Of a stretch of DNA of 64,000 nucleotides, positions 51,971-63,620 are shown one piece after another. The position numbers and the translations under genes are program-made. Position 1 is the stretch's first letter. The number at the start of each line of letters is the position of its first letter. The notes under the pieces were generated by a model. That model worked only from the letters and a program-made list of their open reading frames with translations, was not told the DNA's origin and ran no database searches. Origin of the DNA: a bacterium (lineage in GTDB: Bacteria; SM23-31); the NCBI GenBank assembly GCA_965249485.1, contig OZ252239.1:192001-256000 (forward strand). The letters are read 5' to 3'.

Positions 51971-52336
51971 TCAATCCCACTCGAAAGCACCTTTTTTCAA
52001 CAAATAGAAATAACCGAACAATAAGAGACCAATAAAGGCTGCCATCTCGTATAGAATAAAATCCCCTAAAGAAAGAAGGTCTTTAAAGACAACTGCCCAT
52101 GGAAATAAAAAGACAGCTTCAATGTCAAATATAATAAAGAGCATTGCAAGCAGATAAAACTTAACATTAAAACGAAACCGCGCATCTCCAACAGGATCGA
52201 TACCTGACTCATACGGAATGTCTTTGACAGGATCATATTTTCGGGGGCCAAAAAAATGTGATATAACTAAAATAATACCTGCAAATCCAATTCCTGCCGC
52301 AGCTAGAATCAATACAGGTATATAATCTAAAGTCAT
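51971..52336 (-). CDS. nuoA: NADH-quinone oxidoreductase subunit A
   Basis: PYESG, FY..AMLFIIFDIE, KGAFEW. Confidence 0.95.
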   Translation of the reverse strand: MTLDYIPVLILAAAGIGFAGIILVISHFFGPRKYDPVKDIPYESGIDPVGDARFRFNVKFYLLAMLFIIFDIEAVFLFPWAVVFKDLLSLGDFILYEMAAFIGLLLFGYFYLLKKGAFEWD

Positions 52337-52739
52337 TCCGTTTTCTCACACGTCAAAAAACAATATATGCTCTAATTTATACTGGAACTCACAATACTGA
52401 AAATATGGTATTTTAGCAAGCGAAAAATTTAGAGAATGACATTCTTACCTCCCGTTACTCCAGCACGACACAGGCACATTATTACACGAAAATCAGAACG
52501 TGATCATGTGACAGAAAAACCCTGAAAATCGCTGCAATCTCCTGATCTTCCAAACGTGATTTCTGCAATATCTATAATCTGCGATAGTTTACCGAACTCC
52601 GAAACAAGACCGGATTTTTCAAAATTTAGTAATTTTTTTCTCAAAATTAAGAGCACAACTCTCAATACATCCATGTGCATATGACACTGTTCTTCTTAAA
52701 TCCACTGATATTTCCTTCATTTATTAGTCCAAGTTACTG

Positions 52740-52755
52740 TGGCATTGTTTTTGCC
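52740..52755 (+). promoter_or_regulatory. Putative sigma54 (-24/-12) promoter
   Basis: TGGCATTGTTTTTGCC with GG-N10-GC spacing, about 185 bp upstream of the cytochrome gene. Confidence 0.5.
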
Positions 52756-52795
52756 AAATAAAGTCAATGAGAATCATAAGCACATATATTTTAAA

Positions 52796-52813
52796 TTGTG
52801 GATTCTTTCACAT
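52796..52813. promoter_or_regulatory. Putative Rex-like operator
   Basis: TTGTGGATTCTTTCACAT against consensus TTGTGAA-N4-TTCACAA (2 mismatches). Confidence 0.4.
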
Positions 52814-52939
52814 TTAACATTGTTGTCACCTCGTTCTTCGAAAGAGTTTTATGAACAACCTTATAAATTCCCATTAATGTAAAATCAATTTCGCATTGAA
52901 AAGGAATGTGAAATATTACTTGTTTGAAAGGAGAAGTAT

Positions 52940-55790
52940 ATGAGGGTAAAAGTTATTTGGTTTGTACTCCTCTGTAGTTGTGTTACTGTATTTTTCGGCA
53001 TGAGGTATTTTGAAGACCTCGCAGGCTCAGCGAAAATTGAGTTGATCGCAGTTTCAGAAAATGATATTGATGAAGATGCAACGCTGACAATCTCTGCAGG
53101 TATTCCAAACGTAGGTATAGGAGAAAAGGTGTATCTGAAAGAAAATACCGGAGCAGTCTCATATTCCTGGACACTTGCCGATAAACCGGATGCAAGCACG
53201 TCTACATTGACAGGAGCAACGACACAAACTCCGACATTGACTCCCGATGTAGCAGGACAATATCTTGTAAGGTTTATCATTGACGGAACAAGTGATCCTG
53301 ACACATTATGGATCAGTGCCGGGCGATATGTAGGTGTTGGAACAATTGCGGGTGCATCTCCCGATGTTTCAAAAGGTCAGTGCGCTGTCTGTCATGGTGC
53401 ATTTTCTTCACATGATAAGGTAACCCCATGGTCAGGGACCGGTCATGCTGCTGCTTACGAAGGAAAGCTTGACGGTGATAATGGGCCTTTCTTCGGTGCC
53501 AATGAAGTGCATTGCAGTAAATGCCATACCGTAGGATATAAGGAAGACGCTTCCAACGGTGGTTTTGACGACGTTTCCGATCTGGTTGGCTGTGTGTTTC
53601 CGTCATCAGCACAGTCCGGAAATTTCAATAATATTGTTACAAACTTTCCCGATCTTGCAGCGCTGGCCAATATTCAGTGCGAAAACTGCCATGGACCGGG
53701 AAGCCTCCATAGAGGGCTGACGGCGAAGAACGAAATCGCGAAAAGTTTCGAGACCGGAGTCTGCGACCAGTGTCACGATGCAGATCCCTATCATGTGATT
53801 TCACAGCAGTGGGAAGAATCGGTACACGCTGTTGCAACACAGTATCCGAGTGGCCCGTCACGTGGATCATGTGTACAGTGTCATACCGGTTCGGGTTTTA
53901 TCTCAACTTGGGATCCCGATTATGCAGCAAAGGCATTGAATACCGATTTTAATCCGATCAACTGCCAGACATGCCACGATCCGCATTCTGCTGAAAACCA
54001 GCATCAACTCAGAAAACTCACCGATATTGAACTCAACAATGGTGAAGAGATAATCGGTGGCGGTTTAGGTATGATCTGTTCAAACTGTCACCTGTCAAGA
54101 AGAGATTCTGAGGCATATATTGTTGAGCAATTGGCAGGCTCTTCCATGTCTTCGCATTTCGGCCCGCACGGTAGCCCACAGACTGACATGCTTTTCGGGA
54201 AAAATGCAGTAGAGTTTGGAAAACCGGTTGGTGTATCTCCGCATGCCGAGGTAGTTGAAAACACCTGTGTCGGTTGCCACATGCAGTCATACGATCCGCA
54301 TGAGCCATTGAGCATCGTGAAAGCGGAAATGGGTAATCCCTCTATGACAGACCTGAAGACGACGGAGCTGACCAGAAACGTTTACGGCCACAGCTTCTGG
54401 AACAAGTATGAAGACGACGATGATGTTGTATGGGAAAACGTATCTGCCTGCCGTGACTGCCATGGTGAAGAAATGACATCGTTCGATGATGTTCTGGCAA
54501 ATGAAGATTTTGACGGTGACGGTTCGATCGAAGGTGTCCAGTCGGAAGTTGAGGGAATGCTCCTCAAACTCGCAGAACTCCTGCCACCAGTAGGACCAAA
54601 GACGCTGAGTGCTTTCCATCCTGATCCGGACAATCACGACTATACGGAAGTAGAAGCAAAAGCACTCTATAACTTCCTGTTTGTCTATGAAGACGGCAGT
54701 ATGGGTGTCCATAACGCCGCATATGCCATTGGGCTGATAAGATCATCGATTACAGCACTCGGAGTCGGTGATATTGGCGCAGGTTCCGTCAGTTCGGTGA
54801 CCGAATGTCCCGAACGATCAGGGTAAACAGGTCAGAGTTACCTGGAACCGGTTCCCGGGTGATGGCGATACCGATCCGAAAATCATCAATTACGGTGTTT
54901 GGAGAAAAGTCGACGGCATGATGGCGAAAGCTGCTGTCGATAATGTTGTAGCTGTAGCGGATTACAATGAAATGTATGCATCTATCGAAAGCGCTGCCGG
55001 TAAACTCTTTGCCGTCACCGAGACGGAAGTATGGGATTATGTAAAAACAGTCCCGACTGCAGAGCTCGAAGCGTATGCAACGATTGCTGCAACAATATTC
55101 GATTCAACAATTACTGGAGGCCAGAACTGGTCACATTACCGGGTTTCGGGTCATTCAACGAATAATTCGGTTGTGATGTCGGTTGCCGACAGCGGATATT
55201 CGGTTGACAATCTCGCACCGACGGTACCGCAATCGCTTGCGTTCGATATCAACACGTTGACCTGGACTGAAACGGAAGACAACGATTTCGATTATTTTGC
55301 GGTTTACAGAAGCAACACTACTGGATTTACTCCAGCTGATGAAAACCGAATCGGTGTTGTTACTTCCAGCGCATTTGAGGATGGTTCCATGAGCGGGGAC
55401 GGTTCTTACTACTATGTCGTTTCAGCATTCGACCATGCCGGAAACGAGAGTGATTTTTCGAATGAAATTGAAGTTCTCGTAACAGGTATTGATGACCGTT
55501 CGGGTGTCCCTACAATCTATGCGCTTGATCAGAACTATCCGAATCCGTTTAATCCGTCAACCGTTATCAATTATCAGCTTCCTTCCTCAGCCAATACGAA
55601 AATTGTTATCTATAACGTAATAGGCCAGGAAGTCAGATCATTGGTAAACGGTTATGAACCTGCCGGATATCAGCAGACAGTATGGAACGGACGTGACAAC
55701 TTCGGCAATGTTGTTTCGGCTGGTATATACTTCTATAAGCTGACCGCCGGTGATTTTGTTGACATTAAGAAAATGGTATTTGTGAAGTAA
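52940..55790 (+). CDS. Nine-heme cytochrome c with Ig/FN3-like domains and T9SS/FlgD-type C-terminal sorting domain (one apparent +1 frameshift at 54804-54805)
   Basis: 9 CxxCH motifs; removing one A restores VTDVPNDQGKQVRVTW and joins ORFs 52940-54826 and 54918-55790 into about 949 aa; the CTD reads QNYPNPFNPST...IYNVIGQEV...GIYFYKL...KMVFVK. Confidence 0.8.
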
Positions 55791-55806
55791 GAATTGGGCG
55801 AATTCT

Positions 55807-55850
55807 AAAAGGGCTGAATTCCAGCATTATCGGGTATTCAGCCCTTTTTT
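55807..55850 (+). terminator. Intrinsic terminator
   Basis: AAAAGGGCTGAAT...ATTCAGCCCTTTTTT. Confidence 0.75.
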
Positions 55851-55931
55851 CTTATTGCGTTTTATTTGGTATCTTCGTGTATATTTATTCAATAATAATC
55901 ACGTTATCTGACTCACACTGGAACAAATCGC

Positions 55932-56369
55932 ATGGATGAAAACGGCAGACGCTCTTTTATTCAAACAGTCCTTGGAGGAAGTCTGACACTTGTTTCCGGT
56001 TCTGTTCTCTATCCTGTATTCCGGTTCATGACCCCTCCCGAAGTGTCCGAAGCTGAAACATCATCTGTCCTTGTCGGGACACTAAACGAAATGCCTCCCG
56101 GGTCAAGCAAAGCTTTCCGGTTCGGCACAAAACCGGGGCTCCTCGTCCGGTCGGAAACCGGAGAAATGTATGCTCATACTGCTGTCTGTTCCCACCTCGG
56201 CTGCATTGTGCAGCACAGCAATGAACGGAACGGTATCTGGTGTGCCTGCCATGGAGCACTGTTTGATCTCCGTGGAAATGTTGTTTCCGGACCGCCTCCG
56301 AAACCGTTGACTCCCCTGAACGTTATTGTCCAGAATAATGAGATTTTTGTTACCAAAACAGAAACATGA
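55932..56369 (+). CDS. Rieske iron-sulfur protein of a Rieske/cytochrome b complex
   Basis: Tat motif GRRSFI, TM helix, CSHLGC and CACHG boxes, GPPPKPL. Confidence 0.93.
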   Translation: MDENGRRSFIQTVLGGSLTLVSGSVLYPVFRFMTPPEVSEAETSSVLVGTLNEMPPGSSKAFRFGTKPGLLVRSETGEMYAHTAVCSHLGCIVQHSNERNGIWCACHGALFDLRGNVVSGPPPKPLTPLNVIVQNNEIFVTKTET

Positions 56370-56472
56370 TGTGACAATTTTGTGTATGCCGGATTTATTG
56401 ATATAAGAGCACTACACATTTTTCCTTTTAATCATCGTCACAGACCATACGTTTCACCACAAGCAAGTAACC

Positions 56473-57537
56473 ATGGTACAGAAAATCATATCGTATATTA
56501 GTGACCGTGCAAAGCTTCAAAGCGTGACTGATTATATGAAGAAAAAGACCGTTCCGCTGCACAAACATACCGTGTGGTATTATTTTGGCGGGGTTACGCT
56601 TTTTCTATTTGTCGTGCAGGTCTGTACCGGGATCCTTCTGCTGCTCTACTACCGCCCAACTGCTGAGGGAGCGTTCGAGAGCGTCCAGTTTATTGTTACA
56701 CAGGTACACTACGGCTGGCTTATCCGGAATATCCACAGCTGGTCGGCAAATCTCATGGTCTTGATGCTTTTTATCCATATGTTCAGTGCGTTTCTCATGA
56801 AGGCTTACAGAAAACCGCGAGAAATTACATGGATCAGCGGTTCATTGCTCCTCTTTATTGCTCTCGGGTTCGGATTTTCCGGCTACCTCCTGCCGTGGAA
56901 TGAACTTGCATTTTTTGCGACGAAGGTCGGGACAGAAATTGCAGGTGTTATACCCTTTGCAGGGGACTGGCTCATGCGATTTCTCCGCGGGGGTGAAGAT
57001 GTGACGGGAGCAACATTGACCCGGTTTTTCGGATTTCACGTTGCGGTGCTGCCGGGGATTACAACGGTTCTCCTCTTTATTCATCTTATCATGGTGCAGA
57101 TTCACGGCAATGCCAAACCGATTTCTCTTGAGCATTCCAAACGGTCGATGCCGTTTTTTCCCCATTTTCTTATGCGGGATATGGTTGCCTGGATGGTGGG
57201 GCTTGCAATTGTTGCGTTTCTTGCGGCGGTGTATCCATGGGAACTGGGCCAAAAAGCCGATCCATTTATCCCTGCACCGGCTGGAATCAAACCTGAATGG
57301 TATTTCATGTTTATGTTTGAAACTCTGAAAGTCATTCCGGCAAAGATTCTCTTTTTAGACGGAGAAGTTGTTGCAATTTTTGCCTTCATTTTTGCGGGAG
57401 TATTTTGGGTTATGGTACCGTTTTTGGACAAAAACGCACAGCAGAACAAACGGAGTCCTGTATTTACAGCGATTGGCATTTTTGCAATCGTCTATATTGC
57501 TGTTGTCACGTTATTGTCATATACGCTGTTGGCGTAA
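56473..57537 (+). CDS. Cytochrome b (unsplit, cyt b6 plus subunit IV equivalent)
   Basis: Heme-ligand histidines (RNIHSW, FIHM, GFHV, FIHL), GYLLPW and PEWY Qo motif. Confidence 0.95.
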   Translation: MVQKIISYISDRAKLQSVTDYMKKKTVPLHKHTVWYYFGGVTLFLFVVQVCTGILLLLYYRPTAEGAFESVQFIVTQVHYGWLIRNIHSWSANLMVLMLFIHMFSAFLMKAYRKPREITWISGSLLLFIALGFGFSGYLLPWNELAFFATKVGTEIAGVIPFAGDWLMRFLRGGEDVTGATLTRFFGFHVAVLPGITTVLLFIHLIMVQIHGNAKPISLEHSKRSMPFFPHFLMRDMVAWMVGLAIVAFLAAVYPWELGQKADPFIPAPAGIKPEWYFMFMFETLKVIPAKILFLDGEVVAIFAFIFAGVFWVMVPFLDKNAQQNKRSPVFTAIGIFAIVYIAVVTLLSYTLLA

Positions 57538-57564
57538 CACACAGGTGCGGTGGATTATACTGTT

Positions 57565-58833
57565 ATGAAAATACAATTTCATAGAAATTTGATGATAGTG
57601 ACAGGTTTTATTATGTGCCTTATGATTCCTGTTTCCGGGTATGGGCAGGATGTGTATAACAACTGCATCGAATGCCACCGTGACATCGACGATGCTTATG
57701 AGCATCCGACAACGCTCGTGGAAAACGATGTCCATTTTGTACGAGGAATCACCTGTACTGACTGCCATGGCGGAGATAGCGAGATCGATCCGGAGGGAGA
57801 TCCTTATTTTGCAATGGACCCGGATAAAGGTTACACCGGTAGTCCGTCCCGGTCGGACATTCCAGGTTTCTGTAACCGGTGTCATGGCGATGCAACATAT
57901 ATAGCGCAGTTTAATCCGAATTTACGGGTCGATCAATATCAGCGTTACAAGACAAGTACTCACGGGCAACGTCTTGCTGACGACAATGAAGATGTCGCTG
58001 TTTGTTCCGACTGTCATCAGGTCCATCAGATGAGGACAGTGAACGATCCGCAATCGAAAGTATACCCGCTAAATGTTCATGAAACATGCGGAGCATGTCA
58101 CAGTAGTGATACGTATATGGAACCCTATTTTTTGCCGACAGACCAGAATGAATTGTATACAACAAGTGTCCATTACGAATATCTAACTGAGCGTGGAGAT
58201 TTGACTGCACCGACCTGTAACGATTGTCATGGTAATCACGGCGCAGTGCCTCCCGGATTTGATAGCATCCATTTTGTCTGTGGATCTTGCCATGTTGCAG
58301 TGAAGGAATTGTTCGACGTCAGTGTACATGCAACGGCATTCCGGGAAATGGATATGCCCGAATTTGTTACCTGCCACTCGAATCATGACGTGACGTACAC
58401 AGGAGAGTACATGCTCGAAGAAGTTGAGGGTATCTGCTGGAATTGTCACGATTCAGATTCTCCCGAGGGTGAAATCGTCAGGGGAATTATATTTGAAATT
58501 GAATCGCTGAAAAATTTACACAGTTATGCTGACTCAGTTATCACACTCGCCGAAATAAAAGGTATGGAAGTGCGGGATTACAAACTCGATCTGATCGATC
58601 TTTCATCGGTCATCACAAAAATCCGCAACCTTGTGCACACACTGTCAGTGTCGGATATCCGTCAGGAAACCGGACCGGGTTCAGAATTGGCACAAACAAT
58701 CATTACCGGCGGCAACGAAGCGTTTGCGGAACTGAACCGCCGTAGAACCGGTCTTCTTATTTTCCTTATTTTTATCATTCTTCTCATTGCCGGACTTCTC
58801 CTGAAAATACGGACACTCCCTCCATCGCAGTAA
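57565..58833 (+). CDS. Periplasmic multiheme cytochrome c with C-terminal membrane anchor
   Basis: Signal peptide, 8 CxxCH plus one FxxCH, helical stalk, C-terminal TM helix. Confidence 0.9.
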   Translation: MKIQFHRNLMIVTGFIMCLMIPVSGYGQDVYNNCIECHRDIDDAYEHPTTLVENDVHFVRGITCTDCHGGDSEIDPEGDPYFAMDPDKGYTGSPSRSDIPGFCNRCHGDATYIAQFNPNLRVDQYQRYKTSTHGQRLADDNEDVAVCSDCHQVHQMRTVNDPQSKVYPLNVHETCGACHSSDTYMEPYFLPTDQNELYTTSVHYEYLTERGDLTAPTCNDCHGNHGAVPPGFDSIHFVCGSCHVAVKELFDVSVHATAFREMDMPEFVTCHSNHDVTYTGEYMLEEVEGICWNCHDSDSPEGEIVRGIIFEIESLKNLHSYADSVITLAEIKGMEVRDYKLDLIDLSSVITKIRNLVHTLSVSDIRQETGPGSELAQTIITGGNEAFAELNRRRTGLLIFLIFIILLIAGLLLKIRTLPPSQ

Positions 58834-59007
58834 GGCCGTTGTTCCTTCTCAACCATCCTTTATTTTTTCATTTTTCTCTTGCGCATTGATTTATTAATCA
58901 TTAACTATATCGCTATTGTTTTGACAACACATAATTAATCCGATGTCGATTTTTATCATTACGATAACAACTTAATTTGTCCAACTGTATCAAACCGGGT
59001 CGAATAT

Positions 59008-60378
59008 ATGAAAAAACTTCGCAGTTTCGCCGTCATACTGTTCATCCTTCTGTGCATGCCGATAAGCGTGTTTGCACAAGATCATGGTGAGCAGAGCATC
59101 TCATTGTATTATTCAATCCCTTTTGTTTTAATGTTGGTTAGCATTGCAGTTATACCTCTCAAATGGGAACATTGGTGGGAGGATAACAATAATAAGCTAA
59201 AAGTCGCCCTTATCCTCGGTATACCGATAGGGTTTTTTTTTTTATTCTACGATATACATAAATTACAGCATACTCTTGAAGAGTATATTGCGTTTATGGT
59301 CTATGTTGGTTCGCTTTTTGTTATTTCCGGCGGTGTCGTTCTCCGCGGCGAAATAAAGTGTTCGCCAAAAACAAATCTTATAATTATGGGAATTGGCACC
59401 TTGCTTGCCTCTTTTATCGGAACCCCCGGCGCAAGCATGCTGTTGATACGGCCACTGCTTAGGATAAATGCGGACAGAAAAGATATAAAACATGTGGTCA
59501 TCTTTTTTATTTTTACTGTCAGCAACATCGGTGGCTGCCTGACACCACTCGGTGATCCGCCGCTTTTTCTGGGGTATCTGAACGGAGTGCCGTTCATCTG
59601 GACATTTTCGCTCTGGCCGCAATGGCTGCTCGCAAATTCGATTATTTTAGCAATTTTCTATATCATCGATAGTAAAAAATTCAAAACAGAATCACTACCT
59701 GAATCATCACAAAGTGACGGCAAAGGAAAACCGCTCAGTATTGTGGGTCTTATAAACTTTGCATGGCTTGCTGGTGTCATCCTTTCGGTTGCATTCGTTC
59801 AGAAAACGTATGGACCTTTCGTTATATTAGGGCCGCGTGAAGTTATAATGCTCATAATGGTCTTTTTATCGTTAAAGACTACGAAAATGGGACTCCGTGA
59901 AGAAAACCAGTTTTCTTATCAGCCGGTTCTTGAAGTTGCCTATCTCTTTATTGGCATATTCCTTACTATGATCCCTGCGCTCGTTTATCTTGAAACGCAT
60001 GGATCGGCATTCGCAGAAAAAGGCCTGACCGAGCCGTGGATGATCTTCTGGTTTACCGGTATTCTCTCTTCGTTTCTTGATAATGCTCCAACATACCTGA
60101 CTTTTTTCTCACTTGCTAAAGGTATGGAACTCGCCGGAACGCTTGTCGCCCAGACGGGTGTCACGGAAGCGATGCTGCGTGCTATATCTCTCGGTGCTGT
60201 GTTCATGGGGGCAAATACCTATATCGGGAACGGCCCGAATTTCATGGTCAAAGCCATTGCCGACGAATCGGGGACCAAAATGCCCTCATTTCTCGGTTAT
60301 ATGCTTTGGTCGGGCGCAATTTTGATACCGATTTTTATTGTGGTGACGTTCCTTGTATTTATATTTGGTATTATTTAA
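59008..60378 (+). CDS. IT-superfamily membrane transporter (putative Na+/H+ antiporter or CitMHS-like)
   Basis: SNIGGCLTPLGDPPLFLG, FLDNAPTY and TYIGNGPN motifs; many TM helices. Confidence 0.75.
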   Translation: MKKLRSFAVILFILLCMPISVFAQDHGEQSISLYYSIPFVLMLVSIAVIPLKWEHWWEDNNNKLKVALILGIPIGFFFLFYDIHKLQHTLEEYIAFMVYVGSLFVISGGVVLRGEIKCSPKTNLIIMGIGTLLASFIGTPGASMLLIRPLLRINADRKDIKHVVIFFIFTVSNIGGCLTPLGDPPLFLGYLNGVPFIWTFSLWPQWLLANSIILAIFYIIDSKKFKTESLPESSQSDGKGKPLSIVGLINFAWLAGVILSVAFVQKTYGPFVILGPREVIMLIMVFLSLKTTKMGLREENQFSYQPVLEVAYLFIGIFLTMIPALVYLETHGSAFAEKGLTEPWMIFWFTGILSSFLDNAPTYLTFFSLAKGMELAGTLVAQTGVTEAMLRAISLGAVFMGANTYIGNGPNFMVKAIADESGTKMPSFLGYMLWSGAILIPIFIVVTFLVFIFGII

Positions 60379-60950
60379 GAAAACAGAAACCTTTGCAGAA
60401 TTACACGGATAATTGTTGTGGTGTTGAATTCAAGATATTGTGAAGTTCCGGAAAACCATGACTCGCAATGACACAATTAGAGATAGTGCGATGAGTTTTC
60501 CCCGTGGTAGGGAAAATGATGTTGCGATCTTCGGATATGAGTTTATTACAACTCGTGCAATAATACCTGTTAATCCAATTCATTCCATGTGTTTATTAGT
60601 ATGATAATTACAAGTCCCATTTCACTTCATCTAATATCAAAAGAATAAAGCATTACCTTAAAAGAATCCTTTGAAAGAACTCATTCAAATCGTTATATTC
60701 TACAGTGTCGATTGTGTATCCCTAAGAACAGGAAGGTACGTTATCAAATAGAATTGTGATACCATTGCCGAATGGACCATAATCCTGAACAATAAGCAGT
60801 GATGCGATTTTAGGATATCCTTCAAAACTTTCATTTCTTTAAGACACCTAATTATTTTCCGTCGTTCTCGACTCTGGAGTATTTCTATTATATGGGTGTA
60901 CTAACCTTTCGTATCACATGCATAGAGCACTTTAACTTCGGAGCTGCATT

Positions 60951-61634
60951 ATGCCTTTTACTTCTTCACCAGTCTGGTCATCGGTCGGGAAAAAGTTTCT
61001 TATGGGTTTTACAGGACTTGGACTCGTTGGATTTGTTGTCGTACATATGCTCGGTAACTTTTTGTTATTCAGCAGCAATCCCGACCCATTTAATGCATAT
61101 TCACATTTTCTTATCAATCTAGGTACACTTCTCTACGTTATTGAAGCGGGCCTCGTCCTCTTTTTAATCATCCATATTGTTTCGGGTGTGTCAGTCTGGC
61201 GGTCTGCCCATCAGGCTCGTCCTGTCAAATACGAGGAGTATCAATCTGCCGGAAAACCGAGCAAGCAGAATTTTTCATCGGTATCGATGCTATACTCCGG
61301 AATTCTCCTCGGGATATTCCTTGTGATCCATATTGTGACGTTTAAATATGGACCTTACTATACAACAGTCGTAGACGGTGTTGAAATGCGGGACCTGTAT
61401 CGGCTGGTTGTCGAGGTTTTCAGTAATCCATTCTATGTCGCCGGATATAGTGTTGTAATGATTTTTCTCGGATTTCACCTCCGCCACGGATTCTGGAGCG
61501 CTTTTCAGTCCGTAGCATTCCATCATCCTCGCTACACACCGATTATTTACGGTACCGGATATTTTGTCGCTATTAGTCTTGCTGTGGGATACATTGCTAT
61601 TCCCATATGGATCTTTTTCAGGGGAGGAGCATAA
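60951..61634 (+). CDS. sdhC: Succinate dehydrogenase / fumarate reductase cytochrome b subunit
   Basis: [30 protein letters not shown]; five TM helices. Confidence 0.9.
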   Translation: MPFTSSPVWSSVGKKFLMGFTGLGLVGFVVVHMLGNFLLFSSNPDPFNAYSHFLINLGTLLYVIEAGLVLFLIIHIVSGVSVWRSAHQARPVKYEEYQSAGKPSKQNFSSVSMLYSGILLGIFLVIHIVTFKYGPYYTTVVDGVEMRDLYRLVVEVFSNPFYVAGYSVVMIFLGFHLRHGFWSAFQSVAFHHPRYTPIIYGTGYFVAISLAVGYIAIPIWIFFRGGA

Positions 61635-63544
61635 TGATTCTCGATTCGAAAACACCAGTTGGACCATTGCCCGACAAATGGGATAAACACAAAGCGTCGC
61701 TTCATCTTGTCAATCCTGCAAACAGGCATAAGCACACGATCATTATTGTCGGTACCGGATTGGCGGGAGCATCCGCGGCCGCATCTCTTGGGGAGCTCGG
61801 TTATGCAGTAAAAATTTTCTGCATTCAGGACTCACCACGGCGTGCTCACAGTATTGCAGCACAAGGTGGTATTAATGCTGCTAGGCAGAACCAGATCGAC
61901 GGTGATAGTGTCTGGCGTCTGTTTTACGACACAATCAAGGGAGGAGATTTCCGGTCGCGTGAAGATAATGTATACCGGCTTGCAGAAATCAGCGCCCGTA
62001 TTATTGATCAGTGTGTTGCTCAGGGTGTTCCATTTGCGCGGGAATACGGGGGTGTTCTGGCAAAACGTTCTTTCGGTGGAACACAGGTATCACGGACGTT
62101 TTATGCACGCGGTCAGACAGGACAGCAATTACTTTTGGGTGCGTACGGTTCGATGATGCGTCAGGTCGACGAGGAAATGGTTACGATATTTCCGCGGCGA
62201 GAGATGCTCGATCTTTCAGTTATCGACGGCAGAGCGCGTGGAATCGTTGTAAGAGATCTGACGACAGGAGAAATCGAAACCCATAGCGGAGATGCGGTTA
62301 TTCTGGCAACCGGTGGGTACGGCAATGCCTTTTATCTTTCGACTAACGCAAAAAATTCGAATGCAACCGCTGCATGGCGGTGCTATAAACGGGGTGCATA
62401 TTTTGCGAATCCCTGTTATGCACAAATCCATCCCACCTGTATTCCGGTTTCTGGAGATCATCAGGCAAAATTGACCTTGATGAGCGAAAGCCTGAGAAAT
62501 GACGGCCGTGTTTGGGTTCCAAAAAAGAAAGGCGATACCCGCCAACCGACCGAAATACCTGAAAACGAACGTGACTACTATCTCGAACGGAAATATCCGA
62601 GTTTCGGTAATCTGGTACCACGTGATGTTGCATCCCGGAATGCCAAAGAAGTGTGCGATGAAGGACGCGGTGTCGGCCCATCGGGGCTCTCTGTTTACCT
62701 CGATTTTGCAGATGCAATCAGCCATCATGGACGTAAAATAATTGAAGAACGTTACGGCAACCTGTTTGAAATGTATGAACGGATTACCGGCGAGAATCCG
62801 TACGAATCTCCAATGCGAATCTATCCTGCAATTCATTATACAATGGGTGGCTTGTGGGTCGACTATAATCTCATGTCGACCATTCCGGGTCTGTTCGTAC
62901 TCGGTGAGGCAAATTTTTCAGATCACGGTGCAAACCGTCTCGGTGCAAGTGCCCTCATGCAGGGACTTGCCGACGGCTATTTTGTAATCCCGTTTTCTAT
63001 CGGTGATTATATTGCGACAAACGATTTTCCATCAATCTCAGATGACCACGATGTGTTCAAGGAGAGTATCGGACAGATTAATCATGAAATAAACAAGTTG
63101 GTATCCATAAAAGGCAAGAAGACTGTTACTCATTTTCATCAGGAGCTTGGTAAAATACTTTGGGATAATGTCGGAATGTCCCGTAATGAAAAGGGGCTAC
63201 GGCATGCACTTGAAACCATTCCAAAACTCAAGGAAGAATTCTGGAATAATGTCTATGTGCCGACCGACGCAGCATCACTGAACAAGAACCTTGAATTTGC
63301 GAGCAGAGTTGCCGACTTTTTTGAATTGGGCGAGCTGATGGCACGTGATGCACTGGACCGATCTGAATCGTGCGGCTGCCACTTCCGCGAAGAAAGTCAG
63401 TTACCCGAGGGTGAAGCGCAACGGAATGACGAGAAATTCAAATACGTTTCCGCATGGGAATACAACAATGATAAAGATCCCGTTCTTCATAAAGAACCAT
63501 TGAAATTTGAAAATGTACATCTTGCGACGCGGAGCTATAAATAA
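61634..63544 (+). CDS. sdhA: Succinate dehydrogenase / fumarate reductase flavoprotein
   Basis: [34 protein letters not shown]. Confidence 0.96.
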   Translation: MILDSKTPVGPLPDKWDKHKASLHLVNPANRHKHTIIIVGTGLAGASAAASLGELGYAVKIFCIQDSPRRAHSIAAQGGINAARQNQIDGDSVWRLFYDTIKGGDFRSREDNVYRLAEISARIIDQCVAQGVPFAREYGGVLAKRSFGGTQVSRTFYARGQTGQQLLLGAYGSMMRQVDEEMVTIFPRREMLDLSVIDGRARGIVVRDLTTGEIETHSGDAVILATGGYGNAFYLSTNAKNSNATAAWRCYKRGAYFANPCYAQIHPTCIPVSGDHQAKLTLMSESLRNDGRVWVPKKKGDTRQPTEIPENERDYYLERKYPSFGNLVPRDVASRNAKEVCDEGRGVGPSGLSVYLDFADAISHHGRKIIEERYGNLFEMYERITGENPYESPMRIYPAIHYTMGGLWVDYNLMSTIPGLFVLGEANFSDHGANRLGASALMQGLADGYFVIPFSIGDYIATNDFPSISDDHDVFKESIGQINHEINKLVSIKGKKTVTHFHQELGKILWDNVGMSRNEKGLRHALETIPKLKEEFWNNVYVPTDAASLNKNLEFASRVADFFELGELMARDALDRSESCGCHFREESQLPEGEAQRNDEKFKYVSAWEYNNDKDPVLHKEPLKFENVHLATRSYK

Positions 63545-63620
63545 GTACTGGTGAGCACTGTATCAAGAGCAGTAATCAATGGGCTTGTACGCCTTATCAT
63601 GTAATAGGGAGCACAATTCT

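Noticed and set aside
58886..58901. FNR-like box TTGAT...ATCA
   Set aside because: The spacer is 6 bp instead of 4
60401..60583. 60-aa minus-strand ORF with CxxC
   Set aside because: No clear RBS, no second Cys pair and no recognisable family
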